From: Squalus acanthias
Taxonomy: Eukaryota
Assembly: GCA_030390025.1 (NCBI GenBank)
Contig: CM059432.1
Coordinates: forward strand, 110,982,001-111,046,000
DNA length: 64,000 bases
Reading direction: 5' to 3'
The notes under the pieces were generated by a model that was not told the DNA's origin, made no database searches, and saw only the letters and a list, made by a program, of their open reading frames with translations. The position numbers and the translations under genes were made by a program. This document shows positions 62,760-64,000 of the stretch, one piece after another; position 1 is the first letter of the stretch; the number at the start of each line of letters is the position of its first letter.

Positions 62760-63681
62760 ATACTGTTTTACCTGCCAATCGTTGTTTCCAATCCACCTGG
62801 GACAGATCCTTTTCAACTCCCTGAAATTAGCCCTCTTCTGGATGAATATCTTCACTTTTGAATGTTCTTTGACCCTTTCCATAACTACTCTGAACCTAAT
62901 AATATTGCGATCACTGTTTCCCAAATGCTCCCCCACTGAAACATGCTCCACTTGCGCAACTTAATTCCCCAGAACTAGATCCAGCACTACTTCCTTCCTT
63001 ATTGGGCTGGAAACACACTGATCAAGAAAGTTGTCCTGTACATATTTCAGGAATTCTCAGCGAAATAGATTCTATCTTTGAATCCTCAAGCCCATATTCC
63101 CTTTCCATGTATCTTTGGTCAATACTGCCTCCACCACCCCCCCATTCCTTTCTTTCCTTCCCTATTCCTCCGGAATACATTGTAGCCAGGAAAGTTAAGT
63201 TCCCATTCCTGTCCCTGTTTAAGCCGGATCTCTGTTATTGCCCTTATATCATATCCCCATGTGGCAACTTGTGCCTGCAGCTCACCAACATTCTTTAGCA
63301 CATTCACTCCAACCCCACCTTATTCTGCTTTGCATTTCTCTCCTGTCTGATCCCTTCTCTTTCTGGACTACCCTAGTGCAGTTTGTCTCTCTCAATCCTC
63401 TACGCACCTTGTTTCTTCTCTATGATGCATCTTGCTGGTTCCCCTCAACCTGCCAAATTAGTTTAAACCTTCCCCTACAGCATTAGTTAACCTGCCTGTG
63501 AGGACATTGGTCCCAGCCCTGTTCAGGTGCAACCCGTCCATCTTGAACAGGTCTCTCCTGCCCCAGAACTGGTCCCAATGCCCCAGGAATCTGAAGCCCT
63601 CCCTCTTGTATTATTGCTCCAGCCACGCATTAACCTGCTTTATCTTGCTATTCCTATAATCACTAGCATGTGGCACTGGGA

Positions 63682-64000
63682 GTAAGCCATTCACAAGGCT
63701 GATACCTGGGATGGCAGGAATGACATATGAGGAGAGATTGGGTCGATTGGGCTTATACTCGCTGGAGTATAGAAGAATGAGAGGGGATCTCATCGAAACA
63801 TATAAAATTCTGACAGGTCTGGACAAACTAGATGCAGGAAGAATGTTCCCGATGGTCGGAGAGTCCAGAACCAGGGGTCATAATCTAAGGATAACGGGTA
63901 AGTCATTTAGGACAGAAATGAGGAAGAATTTCTACACCCAGAGAGTGGTGAACCTGTGGAATTCTCTACCACAGAAGGTAGTTGAGGCCAAGTCATTAGA
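63682..64000 (+). mobile_element. 5'-truncated CR1 running off the window
   Basis: FTRLIPGMAGMTYEERLGRLGLYSLE...; nearly identical to 6873-7444 in opposite orientation. Confidence 0.9.

Larger units (their letters stand above)
57915..63680 (-). mobile_element. Long decayed CR1 LINE (end of ORF1, EN, RT) split by three insertions
   Basis: GLLPVP...VNAWLEQ (ORF1 end), EN motifs at 63300-62800, RT motifs ([19 protein letters not shown]) near 59400-59290. Reading resumes across each insertion. Confidence 0.88.

Overview
Vertebrate, repeat-dominated genomic DNA, most likely from a cartilaginous fish. This is inferred from SacSINE1/HE1-like SINEs, CR1 LINEs with (ATTCTATG)n-type tails and Penelope fragments. 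I find no intact host gene. The only host-gene signal is one cadherin-13 (T-cadherin)-like exon on the minus strand (13215-13459); it keeps both splice sites but has two frameshifts and a stop. About 21 kb is three GC-skewed tandem arrays: a 22-mer (~0.7 kb), a ~32-mer (~13 kb) and a 17/18-mer (~7.4 kb). These explain almost all the long ORFs. The rest is a PIF/Harbinger hotspot: four decayed two-gene elements (DDE transposase plus convergent 3-exon Myb/SANT gene), a deletion derivative and about seven non-autonomous TIR elements. There are also nested CR1 LINEs, SINEs, a probable solo LTR and two Penelope fragments carrying minimal hammerhead-ribozyme motifs. I cannot demonstrate a wholly new biological system. 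The best leads are the frameshifted cdh13 exon, the hammerheads, a nearly repairable Harbinger pair with a covarying subterminal palindrome, and the CpG-retaining SOX/FOX-motif array. Family names come from recalled similarity, not searches. Many boundaries are approximate.
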